Part shown: positions 24,946-35,330 of the stretch, piece after piece
Layout of the letters: every line of letters starts with the position of its first letter
How positions within the stretch are numbered: position 1 is the stretch's first letter
Virus record (IMG/VR): IMGVR_UViG_3300014208_001441
Coordinates: 1-37,318 of that record
DNA length: 37,318 nucleotides
Source of the DNA: a virus
Taxonomy: Duplodnaviria; Caudoviricetes
Direction: 5' to 3' (one strand)
Position numbers and translations under genes: made by a program
Notes under the pieces: model-generated
The model's input: only the letters and a program-made list of their open reading frames with translations
Databases searched by the model: none
Told to the model about the DNA's origin: nothing

Positions 24946-25356
24946 ATGACTGATAAATTCAAAGTCACGGCGGTCTCTGCGCGCCTGCACGCGGGTGTGC
25001 TTGTCCTTACAAAAGAACAAGCCCGTCCGCGTCGCCACAACCTGAAAGAGGTTGGCAAAGGCCGCTACGAGATCGTCAACCCGGTGGAGTTCAAACTCGG
25101 CGAAGAGTTCGGCTACGAGGGCGAATTGCCCAAGGCGCTGGCTCTCAACCTGACCAGCGCAGCGGATGCCGAAAAGGCAGCCAAAAAAGCGGCAGAGGCA
25201 GAAGCCAAAGCGAAAGCCAAGGCCGAAGCAGACGCCAAGAAACTGCGCGACAAACTCGAAACCGATGCGCTTACTGCATGGGAAGGCAGCGCCGACCTGC
25301 GTGAGCAGCACGGCAACGACTTCGAGGCGTATCTGGCTATTGTGGTTGCTGGCTGA
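24946..25356 (+). CDS. Hypothetical head-region protein
   Basis: SD and position; Ala/Lys linker. Confidence 0.65.
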   Translation: MTDKFKVTAVSARLHAGVLVLTKEQARPRRHNLKEVGKGRYEIVNPVEFKLGEEFGYEGELPKALALNLTSAADAEKAAKKAAEAEAKAKAKAEADAKKLRDKLETDALTAWEGSADLREQHGNDFEAYLAIVVAG

Positions 25357-25358
25357 TC

Positions 25359-25640
25359 ATGGCCTTCGTCGAAACCCTCTCCGACTTCATCAACGACGAC
25401 ACGCCGGGATACGTCTCGGCGACGGTCGGTGGTGTTCCTGGTATCGGCGGGCTGTTCGATGACAACTACACCGACCCGCTCGGGTTTTCCGGTTCTTTCC
25501 CCGCGCTCACCTGTACCAGTGCAGACGTTTCCACAGCTGGGCAGGGCACGGCGGTGGTGGTGAATGGTGTGAGCTACACCGTTGCTGCCATCAAGCTGGA
25601 CGGCACCGGCATGACGCTACTGCAGCTGGCGGAGGCTTGA
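25359..25640 (+). CDS. Head-tail joining protein (gpFII-like)
   Basis: Size, position and DGTGMTLLQL end. Confidence 0.65.
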   Translation: MAFVETLSDFINDDTPGYVSATVGGVPGIGGLFDDNYTDPLGFSGSFPALTCTSADVSTAGQGTAVVVNGVSYTVAAIKLDGTGMTLLQLAEA

Positions 25641-25641
25641 G

Positions 25642-26085
25642 ATGGCAAACCATCTGCACCGGCAGATCCGTGAAGCAGTGGAAACGCTGCTCACCGGGCT
25701 GACGACGACAGACACTAAGGTCTACGCCAACCGTCTGCAGCCGATGGCCGATGCGAACTTGCCTGGCTTGCGCATCTTTATGGATTCAGAAGAGTCGACG
25801 GTGCTTACGGTACACACGCCACAGTTACAGGAAAGGCAGCTCGGAATCATTGTCGAATGCTGCGCAAAGGCTAGCACATCGCTGGACGACACGCTGGACC
25901 AGATCAGCAAGGAAGTAGAGACGGCGGTGGCTGCCGGCATCACGTTGAGCAGTAAGCATCTGCCCATCACCTACCTCGGCATGCAGTTTGATGACGATCT
26001 TGCTGATAAGCCGGTGGGCGTTAAGCGGTTGCGTTTTTCCATAGATTACACGGCATACAGCAATGCGCCGGATGTTTTGAGTTAA
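25642..26085 (+). CDS. Tail terminator-like protein
   Basis: H..RQIREAV...LDDTLD..SKEVE; precedes the tail tube gene. Confidence 0.6.
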   Translation: MANHLHRQIREAVETLLTGLTTTDTKVYANRLQPMADANLPGLRIFMDSEESTVLTVHTPQLQERQLGIIVECCAKASTSLDDTLDQISKEVETAVAAGITLSSKHLPITYLGMQFDDDLADKPVGVKRLRFSIDYTAYSNAPDVLS

Positions 26086-26167
26086 GTAGTACCCCGCCCT
26101 AACACTGTGAAGTGCTGGGCGGCTTTCAAATTAACAACGCCGTGAGGCGTCTTAAAGGAGATTCATC

Positions 26168-26809
26168 ATGGCGAACGTAACGAAATGGAGTGGTGTGGCG
26201 ATTGCTGTTCAGTCTGCGCTGGCAGCGGCAGACACGATCAGCGCGATCACCAAAGCGAACCCCGGCGTAGTTAGCGCTGCCGCACACGGTATGGCAAACG
26301 GAGCTTATGCCGTCCACACCATCCAAGGTATGCACCAGCTCGACGATATGGTCGTCCGCGTGGCGAACCAGGCAGCAGGCACCTACGAGCTGGAAGGTCT
26401 GAACACAACAGCGTTCGATACCTTCTCCAGCGGTACGGCAGAAGAGATCACATTCGGCACCTCGCTGTCGACTGCCACCAGCATCACCGCTTCCGGCGGC
26501 GACTTCGATTTCATCGATGTCACCACCATCCACGACAGCGTGAAGAAGCAGATCCCCGGCATGGCAAATCCGGCCACATTCAGCTTCGAAAACATCTGGG
26601 ACCCATCTGATGCTGGTCTGGCTGCGCTCAAGTCTGCATCCGATTCGCAGGCCAAGCGCGCGTTCAAGTTCACATTCTCCAACGGCAAGATTTTGGTGTT
26701 CACCGGTTACGTCGGCTGCTCGATGCTGCCAACGGGTGGCGCACAGGATGTAGTGAAGACCTCAGTGGTCATCACCATGTTCGGCAAGCCAATGGTGTAC
26801 GCGAGCTAA
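26168..26809 (+). CDS. Major tail (tube) protein
   Basis: ITKANPGVV, SGGDFDFIDVT, strong SD, position. Confidence 0.82.
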   Translation: MANVTKWSGVAIAVQSALAAADTISAITKANPGVVSAAAHGMANGAYAVHTIQGMHQLDDMVVRVANQAAGTYELEGLNTTAFDTFSSGTAEEITFGTSLSTATSITASGGDFDFIDVTTIHDSVKKQIPGMANPATFSFENIWDPSDAGLAALKSASDSQAKRAFKFTFSNGKILVFTGYVGCSMLPTGGAQDVVKTSVVITMFGKPMVYAS

Positions 26810-26812
26810 ACC

Positions 26813-27202
26813 ATGATCCGCCTCACACCCAACCCAACCTTCGAGAAGGAAGTACCCATCGCACTGCGTGGTGGTTCGTCGGACGTAATGGCGAAGCTAA
26901 CTTTCCGAGCGTTGGAGATGGGGTTGGTCATGTCGCTGCTGGTGTTGTCTGGCCTGCTGCAGAAGACCTGGCTGGTGCGCAAATGGCACTTCGCCAAACT
27001 GTGCATCACACAGCGCAAGTGGGTGAACAACCTAGACCTGCTCGACCTGATGGTAGTGGGTTGGGACGAAGGCGACACGGGGTTTGATGTGCCGTATAGC
27101 AAGCAGGCGATGCTCATGCTGATCGCAAAAGACCCCGGCGTTCTGGCCAAGATACCGCTGGCGTACTTCGCCGGGCTACAAGAGGAAAAGTTAAAAAACT
27201 GA
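26813..27202 (+). CDS. Tail assembly chaperone (gpG-like)
   Basis: LTPNPTF...VVGW...KN*; ends in slippery A AAA AAC. Confidence 0.78.
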   Translation: MIRLTPNPTFEKEVPIALRGGSSDVMAKLTFRALEMGLVMSLLVLSGLLQKTWLVRKWHFAKLCITQRKWVNNLDLLDLMVVGWDEGDTGFDVPYSKQAMLMLIAKDPGVLAKIPLAYFAGLQEEKLKN

Positions 27203-27519
27203 GGAGCGTCGCCCGTGCCTTGTATGCGGGCGGCGCGAAACAGGAGCCGGACAACATCATCGGATCGCTCAGCGAGCAGCTCGGGATGGATGAACCGCAA
27301 GAGATCGGATGTTGGCCGGATAACTGGCAGGCGCTGCAAGTGTTCAGATCGATGTCAACGCAGTGGACTGTGGCCTACGGCGGCTATGTGGGTCTGAGAT
27401 ACGAAGCGCTGCAGCCAGTATTCGAAGCTTGTGGCATCAAGAAAAAAGCGCGCGCAGAGATGTTTCATTCCCTGCGCATCATGGAAAACGAAGCCTTGAG
27501 TGTGATCAACGAGCGCTGA
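27199..27519 (+). CDS. Tail chaperone frameshift extension (gpT-like)
   Basis: Open -1 frame; WPDNW...STQW...GLRYEAL...LRIMENEAL. Confidence 0.75.
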   Translation: MRSVARALYAGGAKQEPDNIIGSLSEQLGMDEPQEIGCWPDNWQALQVFRSMSTQWTVAYGGYVGLRYEALQPVFEACGIKKKARAEMFHSLRIMENEALSVINER

Positions 27520-27520
27520 A

Positions 27521-29491
27521 ATGGCAAATCAAGATACCAAGATCAGGATCACGGCCGAGACGGCAGAGGCGCAGCGGGCGCTCAAGTCGTTGGGAGGGTC
27601 GCTTACCGGCCTTAAGGGTAATCTGGTCTCGTTCGCCGGCGCCATCGGCGGCGCGCTCAGCGTCGGCGCATTCGCCAACTTCATCAAATCCAGCATCGAC
27701 CTGCAAGACGAACTCGGCAGCCTGTCGAAGAAGACCGGCATCGCAGCATCAGACCTTGGTGGACTCAAGTTCGCCGCCGACCAGAACGGCGCGTCGTTGG
27801 AGTTGGTCGCCAAGGGCGTAAAAGAGTTGTCTCTTGGGTTGGCCAATACACCGGAGAAGTTCGCCAAGCTTGGCATCAACGCCAAAGACGCCACCGGCGC
27901 ACTGGTGCAGATCTCCGACATCGTCTCCGGCATGCCAGATGGATTCCAGAAGACCGCGCTGCTGGCAGAGCTGATGGGTAAGAAGGTCGGGCCGGAGATG
28001 GCGGAGTTCTTGAGCCAAGGCGGTGCGGCGCTGCAAGCCTACATCGCCAAAGGCAAAGACGTTTACAAGGTCACCGACGAGAGTGCATCCAAGGCCAAGG
28101 AATACAAGGATCAGATGGCGGAGCTGGAGGCGCGCATGTCTGGGGTTGGCGTTGCGATCGCAAGCCGGTTACTGCCCGGATTGAATGAAACTGCCAAGGG
28201 TATGAATGACGCAGCGCAGTCCGGCAACCTGCTGCTGGCAGTGTGGCGCGGATTAGCTGGTATGGCAAAGGTTCCATATGACCTGTTGTTCCCGCCGGAA
28301 GACCTGAAAAAGTCTCTCGAATCTGCCAACCGCCTCAAAGAACTTCAAAGCGAGCTTTCCGGCATCGAGGCGTATCTAAAACGCACCAGTGGTCGCGGTG
28401 AGGGCCTGATCGGCAAATGGCTGCACGGCTCTCCGCAAGAGATGCAGCAGCGCGCAACCGTGTTGCGCAACCAGATCGAGACGATCAAGAAGCATGCTAC
28501 TGAGTTGGATAAGCCGATAGGTGGTCGAGACAAGCCAAAAACCACCCCGCAAGCCGTTACCGACCTGCTCAATTCCAGCCAAAAAGACGGCCTGCAAGTC
28601 GTCATCGCGCTAGAGCGTGAATACCAGAACGAACTAGCCAAGCGCAGCGAAGCGATTAATGCGCCGCTACTGAGCGCCAGCGAAAAAGACCTGGCAGAAG
28701 CGCTGCGCGCGACACATAAGCGCGCGCAGGATTCTCGCGTAGAGCTGGAAAAACAGAAGGCCAGCATCGAGGCTGGCGGCAAGAGTTTTGGTGATTACCA
28801 GAAACGGCTGGACGAGGTCTCTGCGGCAGAAGAGGCACAGGTCGGCGCGATCACCCGCTTGCGTGGGGAGCAGGACAAGCTCAATCAGTCGTGGGAATAC
28901 GGCGCACAGGTTGCGCTACAAAACTATTTAGATGAAGTAGAAAACGTCTCCAAGCAAAGCGAATCCATATTCAGGAATGGCTTTAAAGGTATGGAAGATG
29001 CGCTGGTGCAATTCGTGCAGACTGGAAAGCTGGACTTTAAAAGTCTGACCGATTCCATCATCAATGACCTGATTCGCATGCAGATTCAGCAATCGATCAC
29101 CGGGCCATTGGCTGGATGGATGAAGACTTTATTCAACGCCAACGGCAACGCCTTTACCGGCTCCGGTGTGGCTGCCTTCGCCAACGGCGGCACATTTACC
29201 AACGGCGTATTCAATGCACCCACCGCGTTCAAGTTCGCATCTGGCGGTGGATTCAATCTGGGCGTGATGGGCGAGGCCGGACCAGAAGCGGTCATGCCGC
29301 TGTCGCGTGGCAAGGACGGCAAGCTGGGTGTGCGCTCTCAAGGTGGAAACTCCGTGCAAGTCACCTACGCCCCAACCATCATGATCGACAGCCGCACCGA
29401 TCAGGCGCAGGTACGTCAGCTTGTCGATAACTCAGTCAAGCAAGGCAATGCCGAGCTGGTCGACACCTTGCAGCGTAGGGGTGTGCTATGA
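27521..29491 (+). CDS. Tail tape measure protein
   Basis: Ala-rich helical; lambda-type C-terminal region and MGEAGPEAVMPL. Confidence 0.9.
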   Translation: MANQDTKIRITAETAEAQRALKSLGGSLTGLKGNLVSFAGAIGGALSVGAFANFIKSSIDLQDELGSLSKKTGIAASDLGGLKFAADQNGASLELVAKGVKELSLGLANTPEKFAKLGINAKDATGALVQISDIVSGMPDGFQKTALLAELMGKKVGPEMAEFLSQGGAALQAYIAKGKDVYKVTDESASKAKEYKDQMAELEARMSGVGVAIASRLLPGLNETAKGMNDAAQSGNLLLAVWRGLAGMAKVPYDLLFPPEDLKKSLESANRLKELQSELSGIEAYLKRTSGRGEGLIGKWLHGSPQEMQQRATVLRNQIETIKKHATELDKPIGGRDKPKTTPQAVTDLLNSSQKDGLQVVIALEREYQNELAKRSEAINAPLLSASEKDLAEALRATHKRAQDSRVELEKQKASIEAGGKSFGDYQKRLDEVSAAEEAQVGAITRLRGEQDKLNQSWEYGAQVALQNYLDEVENVSKQSESIFRNGFKGMEDALVQFVQTGKLDFKSLTDSIINDLIRMQIQQSITGPLAGWMKTLFNANGNAFTGSGVAAFANGGTFTNGVFNAPTAFKFASGGGFNLGVMGEAGPEAVMPLSRGKDGKLGVRSQGGNSVQVTYAPTIMIDSRTDQAQVRQLVDNSVKQGNAELVDTLQRRGVL

Positions 29492-30102
29492 GCGTCATCA
29501 CCTTTTCAGAATCGCTCGGCGTTGGCAAGTTCACCTGGGGTCAGCAACGGCGCGACCTGTCGTTCAACTCCTTATTTGGTAGCCAGTCTGTCGGTATCTC
29601 AAGCCCGCTGTGGATGGTGAGCATCACCTCATCCAACTCCAAAGAATCTGATGCGGGCGCATGGCAATCCCTTCTGCTGAAGCTATCCGGCAAGGTGAAC
29701 CAGCTCGAACTATGGAACGTGATGCGTCCATCACCCATCGGCACGATGCGCGGCACGATGACATTGAATGCTGCCGCCGCTCAAGGCGATGTGGCGCTAT
29801 CCATCATCGCGGCCAGTGAAGCCGCCAAGACACTCAAGGCCGGCGATCTGCTCGGGATGGGTAGTGGCACCACTCAGCAAGTCGTGATGGTGCTGGATGA
29901 TGCCGTCGCCAATGGATCTGGCGTCATCAGCGTCAACATCAATCCCGCTCTGCGCAATGCATTTGCCGGTGGGGCATCAGTCGTATGGGATAAGCCAAAG
30001 GCGCTGTTCCGCCAATCAGCCACCAAAGCATCATGGGACTACGCACAAGGCCGCGCAGTGGGCGGCATGTCGCTTGACCTCATTGAGGATTGGCGCGCAT
30101 GA
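29488..30102 (+). CDS. Distal tail protein-like
   Basis: Position after tape measure; ATGA coupling. Confidence 0.6.
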   Translation: MSVITFSESLGVGKFTWGQQRRDLSFNSLFGSQSVGISSPLWMVSITSSNSKESDAGAWQSLLLKLSGKVNQLELWNVMRPSPIGTMRGTMTLNAAAAQGDVALSIIAASEAAKTLKAGDLLGMGSGTTQQVVMVLDDAVANGSGVISVNINPALRNAFAGGASVVWDKPKALFRQSATKASWDYAQGRAVGGMSLDLIEDWRA

Positions 30103-30671
30103 CCACCACAGCACAACAGACCGCGCTGGAAAGCCCGGTCGCACGGGTGGTGTATTTTGCCGAGCTGCATTTTGTCAGCGGTACGCTGCGCCTGTGCACT
30201 GCACTACAGACCATCAACTGGGGCGGCTATGACTGGCTCGGCATGGGGTTGGTCGGCAGCATCAGTCCGGTGGAAGAGGGCGCTGGCCTCACGTCGAGCG
30301 CGCTCAATTTCACCCTCAACATTGCAGACGCCTCCGTCCTGGCATTGGCGCTGGGTACGGTGGAAGACTACCGTGGCCAACCAGCCAAGCTGTACTTCTG
30401 CCCGCTCGATGAGCAGTTCCGCCTGATCGATACGCCCGAGATCTGCTGGCGCGGCATCATGGACACGGTAGCGGTCGGCGTAGATGGTGAGACCGGACAA
30501 GTCACCCTCAAGTGTGAGACCAGCGCCTACGGCATCAAGCGTCGCCAGCCCTTGCGCCTTAATTCAGCCCAACAAAAACAACGCCACCCCGGCGATACAG
30601 GCTTCGACTTTTTGAATGACCTGCTCGCTCGCCCCCAGTTGTGGCTCTCTAAAAAGTTCCAACAGATATGA
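30099..30671 (+). CDS. Tail tip/hub protein
   Basis: Position; QKQRHPGDTGFDF. Confidence 0.6.
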   Translation: MTTTAQQTALESPVARVVYFAELHFVSGTLRLCTALQTINWGGYDWLGMGLVGSISPVEEGAGLTSSALNFTLNIADASVLALALGTVEDYRGQPAKLYFCPLDEQFRLIDTPEICWRGIMDTVAVGVDGETGQVTLKCETSAYGIKRRQPLRLNSAQQKQRHPGDTGFDFLNDLLARPQLWLSKKFQQI

Positions 30672-31027
30672 CCCTCGCTGACTACATCACCGAGCGCCTG
30701 CAAACGCCATTCACTTGGGGTGAGCATGATTGTGTGTGTTTCGCCATTGGCTGGCTTTCCATTGTGGCGATGGAGGATCTGCTTGCGCCGTATCGCCCTT
30801 GGACGACAGGCAAACAGGCCGCTCGCATCATCAAGAAATTGGGTGGGCTGGAAGGATTGTTCGATGCAAACCTAAAACGCATCCATCCCAACTTCGCCCA
30901 GGATGGCGATATCACGTTGGTCGATGGCACGGCCTATCTTTTCAGCGGGTCGCACATCGTCGGCCCCGGCATCGAAGGCTTGATCTTCAAGAATCGTATG
31001 GAGGCAACGTGCGCCTGGTCGTACTGA
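30668..31027 (+). CDS. NlpC/P60-like tail assembly protein
   Basis: PFTWGEHDCVCFA...AQDGDI. Confidence 0.65.
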   Translation: MTLADYITERLQTPFTWGEHDCVCFAIGWLSIVAMEDLLAPYRPWTTGKQAARIIKKLGGLEGLFDANLKRIHPNFAQDGDITLVDGTAYLFSGSHIVGPGIEGLIFKNRMEATCAWSY

Positions 31028-33807
31028 TAATCGCGCTGCTGTTACCCGTCAGCGCGCAGGCCGCGCCGGTGGTGTATTGGGCCGTCTATTTTGCAACGAC
31101 GTATGTGACATTGAGCGGTGCCGTCACCGTGCTTGCATTAGTCAATGCGGTCTATGGTGGATGGCAAGCACGCTTGGCTGCCGAGCGCGCCAAAAAACAA
31201 GCGCGCATCGATTACAACAACAGCCTAAACGATCGCACTGTCACCGGCGTCGCCAGCAATGCAGCGCACCGCACCATCTATGGCCGCACCAGAGTGGGCT
31301 CCGACATCGTGGCGATGTTCGCCAGTGGTGCGCGCGATGAATACAAACATATCGTCTGCGTGCACGCTGCGCACGAGTGTGATGCGATCGAAGAGGTATA
31401 TATCAACAGCGTCGCGCTGGGCACGCTGGATGCCAACGGTGATGTGACCAGCGGGGACTATCTCTATCAGCGGACACTCTCGATAAATTCAGAAGAGCAC
31501 TCGGGCACAAGCTTCACTTTGGCGCATACGCCTATACCCGGCTCGGTTCGCATCACCTACATTAACAGCCAAGACAAACGCAAGACGATGCCGTTCACCC
31601 TGTCGGGAGCGAACATCACCGTGGCAACGAGCCATTCATTCGACTGCCACTACGACTACATCGATGCTGTGCCGCGCGTGCGTGTCACCAAACATCTGGG
31701 CACACCAACAGATACTGCCGATGCGGGCTTGATGGCGCTGGGTGTGGGCTGGACTGACGCCGCCGTCCTGCGCGACTTCTGCTACACCGTCATCCGCCTC
31801 GATCTGAATCAGGAAGAGTTCAAAGGCGGCATCCCGCCCATCGAAGTCTTGGTGCGCGGCAAGAAGCTGTACGACCCGCGTTCTGGATTGACCGCATGGA
31901 GCCAGAACCCCACCTTGGCAGTGTATGACTACCTCACCGGCGAGATGTGCGGGGTGGATGCTTCTGATCTGCCGTTGGCGGACTACATCACGGCAGCCAA
32001 TGTCTGCGATGAAGCCATCAGTATCGGCGCGCGCTACACCATCAACGGCACCGTCACCTCAGATCAAGACCAGGCGCAGATCCTCACCGCGATGGCGGAG
32101 TGCATGGCAGGCACCATCGTGGCTACCACATGGAGCTTGAGCGCAGGCAAATACACCGCCCCAGTGATGGCGTTTGACCAAAGCGACATCGTGGGTGCGC
32201 TCTCCATCGCTGCTGGCACACCTGATGCCAATCTATATAACGGCGTGAAGGGGCGCTACGTCGGTGTTGAGACGCAGTATGTGCCGACTGATTTCACTCC
32301 TTACCAGAACAGCACCTACGTCACTTCCGATGGCCGCGAGCTGTGGACGAACATCGACTTCAACTTCACCGATGAGTTGCAGCGCGTGCATAACCTGGCG
32401 CGCATATTGTGCGAAGACCAGCGCAATGGCTTCACCGTCAAGGCATCGTTCTCGCTCAAGGCATGGCGCGCCAAGATAGGGCAGCGCGTCACCCTCACCA
32501 GCACCTTCTTGGGGCAGGCCGCCAAGGTGTACCGCGTCACCGATAAGCGCTTCGGCATCGATCAAGCCGTTGAGATTACCCTGAAAGAAGACGCCGCCAG
32601 CATCTGGGATCTGGCCGATACCGTCACCGTCGATGACACGCCCAACACCAATCTGCCCAATCCATTCAGCGTCGGCCTATGCGGCGATGTGCAGATGGTC
32701 GAGACCATCTATGAAACGACCGGCAGCGCAGGGGTGCGTAGCCGTGCACGCCTATCTTGGACTGCCCCTGCCGATGTGGCGGTGGTGGACTATGAGCTGG
32801 AATACAAGCCCTACACCGACGGCGTGTGGATCGAGTTGGTGAACGTGCGCGGCACGTTCTACGACTTTGTGGATCTCGCTCCGGACATGTATGACTTCCG
32901 CGTGAAGGCGCGCAATTCGCTTGGCGTCGTAGGTGAGTACACCGCCATCCGCACCTTCACCGTCTATGGCCTGACTGCCGCACCGGAGAATATCAGCAAC
33001 TTCAGTGTGATCGCGATGGGCGGCGTGGCACTTGCCGATTGGAGTGTGACGACCAGCCTTGACGTGAAGATCGGTGGCTATATCGAGATCCGCCACAGTT
33101 CGCTCATCACGGGTGCGACATGGGCATCTGGCCGCATCGTCCGCAAGCAGAGTGGCGACACTGTGCATGCCATGCTGCCGCTGATCACCGGCACCTATAT
33201 GGCCAAGTTCATCGACTCTACTGGCCACTACAGCGCAACCGAGGCCGTGTTCGTTGCAACCGAGGCGCTGGTCACCGGCTGGACAACAGTGGCAACCAGC
33301 ACGCAACACACGGCTTTTGCAGGTACGCGCACCAACTGTTCAGCGCCGGATGGTGTGCTCAAGATTGACGGCGCATCCACCATCGACAGCATTACCGGAA
33401 CAGTCGATACGTGGGGCATGGTTGATTCGCTAGGCGGTGTGCAGGCATCTGCCGAGTATGAATTCGACAGCGTGATGGATATGACCACCGTCGCCGTGCG
33501 TCGCCTGCATGCGCACATCAAGTCGCTGGCTTACGACACTGGCGACACCATCGACAACCGGCTGGACAGCATCGATACGTGGGCAAGCATCGATGGTGGC
33601 GCGATCAACGACTGCAATGTGGCCGCGCTTATCTCCACCACAAATGACGACCCAGCAGGCACGCCGACATGGTCGGCATGGGCTCCATTTGATGTGGTGG
33701 ATTATTCCTGCCGCGCAGCACGATTCAAGTTGCAGATGGTGAGTGGAGATACCACCCACAACATCGCTATTTCAGAGCTTTCAGTCACTTCCAAATTACC
33801 AGCATAG
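31009..33807 (+). CDS. Central tail fibre / host-specificity protein (gpJ-like, FN3 domain)
   Basis: IYGRTRVG, GKKLYDPR, YDFRVKARNSLG; GTG start with GGAGG SD. Confidence 0.85.
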   Translation: MRLVVLIIALLLPVSAQAAPVVYWAVYFATTYVTLSGAVTVLALVNAVYGGWQARLAAERAKKQARIDYNNSLNDRTVTGVASNAAHRTIYGRTRVGSDIVAMFASGARDEYKHIVCVHAAHECDAIEEVYINSVALGTLDANGDVTSGDYLYQRTLSINSEEHSGTSFTLAHTPIPGSVRITYINSQDKRKTMPFTLSGANITVATSHSFDCHYDYIDAVPRVRVTKHLGTPTDTADAGLMALGVGWTDAAVLRDFCYTVIRLDLNQEEFKGGIPPIEVLVRGKKLYDPRSGLTAWSQNPTLAVYDYLTGEMCGVDASDLPLADYITAANVCDEAISIGARYTINGTVTSDQDQAQILTAMAECMAGTIVATTWSLSAGKYTAPVMAFDQSDIVGALSIAAGTPDANLYNGVKGRYVGVETQYVPTDFTPYQNSTYVTSDGRELWTNIDFNFTDELQRVHNLARILCEDQRNGFTVKASFSLKAWRAKIGQRVTLTSTFLGQAAKVYRVTDKRFGIDQAVEITLKEDAASIWDLADTVTVDDTPNTNLPNPFSVGLCGDVQMVETIYETTGSAGVRSRARLSWTAPADVAVVDYELEYKPYTDGVWIELVNVRGTFYDFVDLAPDMYDFRVKARNSLGVVGEYTAIRTFTVYGLTAAPENISNFSVIAMGGVALADWSVTTSLDVKIGGYIEIRHSSLITGATWASGRIVRKQSGDTVHAMLPLITGTYMAKFIDSTGHYSATEAVFVATEALVTGWTTVATSTQHTAFAGTRTNCSAPDGVLKIDGASTIDSITGTVDTWGMVDSLGGVQASAEYEFDSVMDMTTVAVRRLHAHIKSLAYDTGDTIDNRLDSIDTWASIDGGAINDCNVAALISTTNDDPAGTPTWSAWAPFDVVDYSCRAARFKLQMVSGDTTHNIAISELSVTSKLPA

Positions 33808-33818
33808 GAGAACCAACA

Positions 33819-34733
33819 ATGGCACAACATGATCAAGTATTAGCAGATGCAGTAGGTGCTGCATTCAGGGCGGATGCGAACGCAGCACTCGCCGCACTTT
33901 TCAGTAACAACAGCGGTGCAACGGCTCCAGCGACGACGGTGCCTGGACTGACTTGGGCAGATACCAGCGGCAGCGAGATCGTCTACAAGATAAGGGATGC
34001 AGCAGACACCGGGTGGATCGTCCTGCCACTCCAGAAGTCATCTGCTGATATTGCCAGCGCTGCCACGGTAGACCTAACTGCCATCGGTGTGGTCGGCATG
34101 TCTGCCGCCGCCATCACCGGCACTACCGCAACCTCCGCCTTCACCATGAACGATGGCCAGCACATGACGCTGGTGGCGGTTGGTGCTTGGCCGCTGACTT
34201 ACCACGCGACAACCTGCAAAATTATCACGGGCGGAAGCTACATATGTTCGGCTGGTGAGCCAGTGCATGTATTTAAAACAGGTGGTGTTGTCTATGTTGA
34301 GCCTATCTTTATTGGTCCGAAAGCTGCGCCAGCAGGGACGATCATTCAGTTCGCAGGGACAGCCGTGCCATCCGGATATTTGCAATGCCCGACAGCAGTG
34401 ACAAATATCTCTAGAACAACATACGCAGCATTATTCGCGGCCATAGGTACAACGTGGGGAGCTGGTGACGGCTCTACGACATTTGGTATTCCTTTTTTCC
34501 CTGCTGATTACTCGCTTTCTCAGGCAGTTGCTAATGTGGGCACACAGACAACCGGTGTAGTGAAATCACACCAGCATGACATACGCCCTGACACTGCGGC
34601 GGGTGGAGTTCAATACAGCCCTCTCGGAATAACAAATGGTGTGCTTGGCGCGACTACATTCCCAACTAACCTATTCGGTGGGGCGGCAAACTTGGCGGCG
34701 GGTTCGCGCGTGATGTTCTGCGTTAAATACTAG
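33819..34733 (+). CDS. Side tail fibre with collar domain
   Basis: PAGTIIQFAG...SRTTYAALFAAIGTTWGAGDGSTTF. Confidence 0.85.
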   Translation: MAQHDQVLADAVGAAFRADANAALAALFSNNSGATAPATTVPGLTWADTSGSEIVYKIRDAADTGWIVLPLQKSSADIASAATVDLTAIGVVGMSAAAITGTTATSAFTMNDGQHMTLVAVGAWPLTYHATTCKIITGGSYICSAGEPVHVFKTGGVVYVEPIFIGPKAAPAGTIIQFAGTAVPSGYLQCPTAVTNISRTTYAALFAAIGTTWGAGDGSTTFGIPFFPADYSLSQAVANVGTQTTGVVKSHQHDIRPDTAAGGVQYSPLGITNGVLGATTFPTNLFGGAANLAAGSRVMFCVKY

Positions 34734-34742
34734 GAGATATAA

Positions 34743-35201
34743 ATGAAAACAGTTTACTTGCAAGACGGAACACAATACAACGCGCAAGAATGCCCTATTG
34801 AGAAAGGAATATATTTAATTCCAGAGGGCGCAACAGAAATACCTCCTCCAGTATTGGCTGATGGCGAGACTCTCGCGCTTATTGGAGGCGCTTGGGTCGT
34901 CACGCCTGCGACACCGCCAACGCCTCCAACCATCGAGCAGCGGCTCGCAGCACTTCAGCAAGATGTGCAGAACCATCTTGACGCCACTGCGCAAGCGCGT
35001 GGATACGACAACATCATTTCCGCATGCAGCTACGCCGGTGCGCCGAATCCGTTCCAAGCTGAGTCTGTCGCATTCATCGCCTGGCGTGGTGATGTTTGGA
35101 CGAAGTGCTACGCACAACTAGCAGCGTTCCAGTCCTCCCCGAATTCCACCATCCCAACAACTGCCGAGCTGATCGCTTCGTTGCCGTTGTTCGTGGGGTA
35201 G
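34743..35201 (+). CDS. Tail fibre assembly chaperone
   Basis: YLIPEGATEIPPP; HLDATAQARGYD..SACSY; AWRGDVW. Confidence 0.72.
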   Translation: MKTVYLQDGTQYNAQECPIEKGIYLIPEGATEIPPPVLADGETLALIGGAWVVTPATPPTPPTIEQRLAALQQDVQNHLDATAQARGYDNIISACSYAGAPNPFQAESVAFIAWRGDVWTKCYAQLAAFQSSPNSTIPTTAELIASLPLFVG

Positions 35202-35330
35202 TTATGAGTGTGGAGATCATCATCTATGCGCTGCTACTTCTAGCCATTGTTCGGCTGTGTCGGTTCGCTAGTTAAGGAGTATTGAATGTCTTCCTGTGAC
35301 AAAAATCACACAAATTAAAGGGGAAAGAAA

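Noticed and set aside
17289-25311. Long alternative-frame and antisense ORFs in the head genes
   Set aside because: Expected shadows of GC-rich coding sequence; only the 21330-21572 portion is retained
30730-31008. 5' extension of the gpJ-like ORF
   Set aside because: Overlaps the NlpC/P60-like gene; a better start with SD is at 31009
31009-34733. Tail fibres as DGR targets
   Set aside because: No TR-like sequence or RARAVRR-type ending seen by eye
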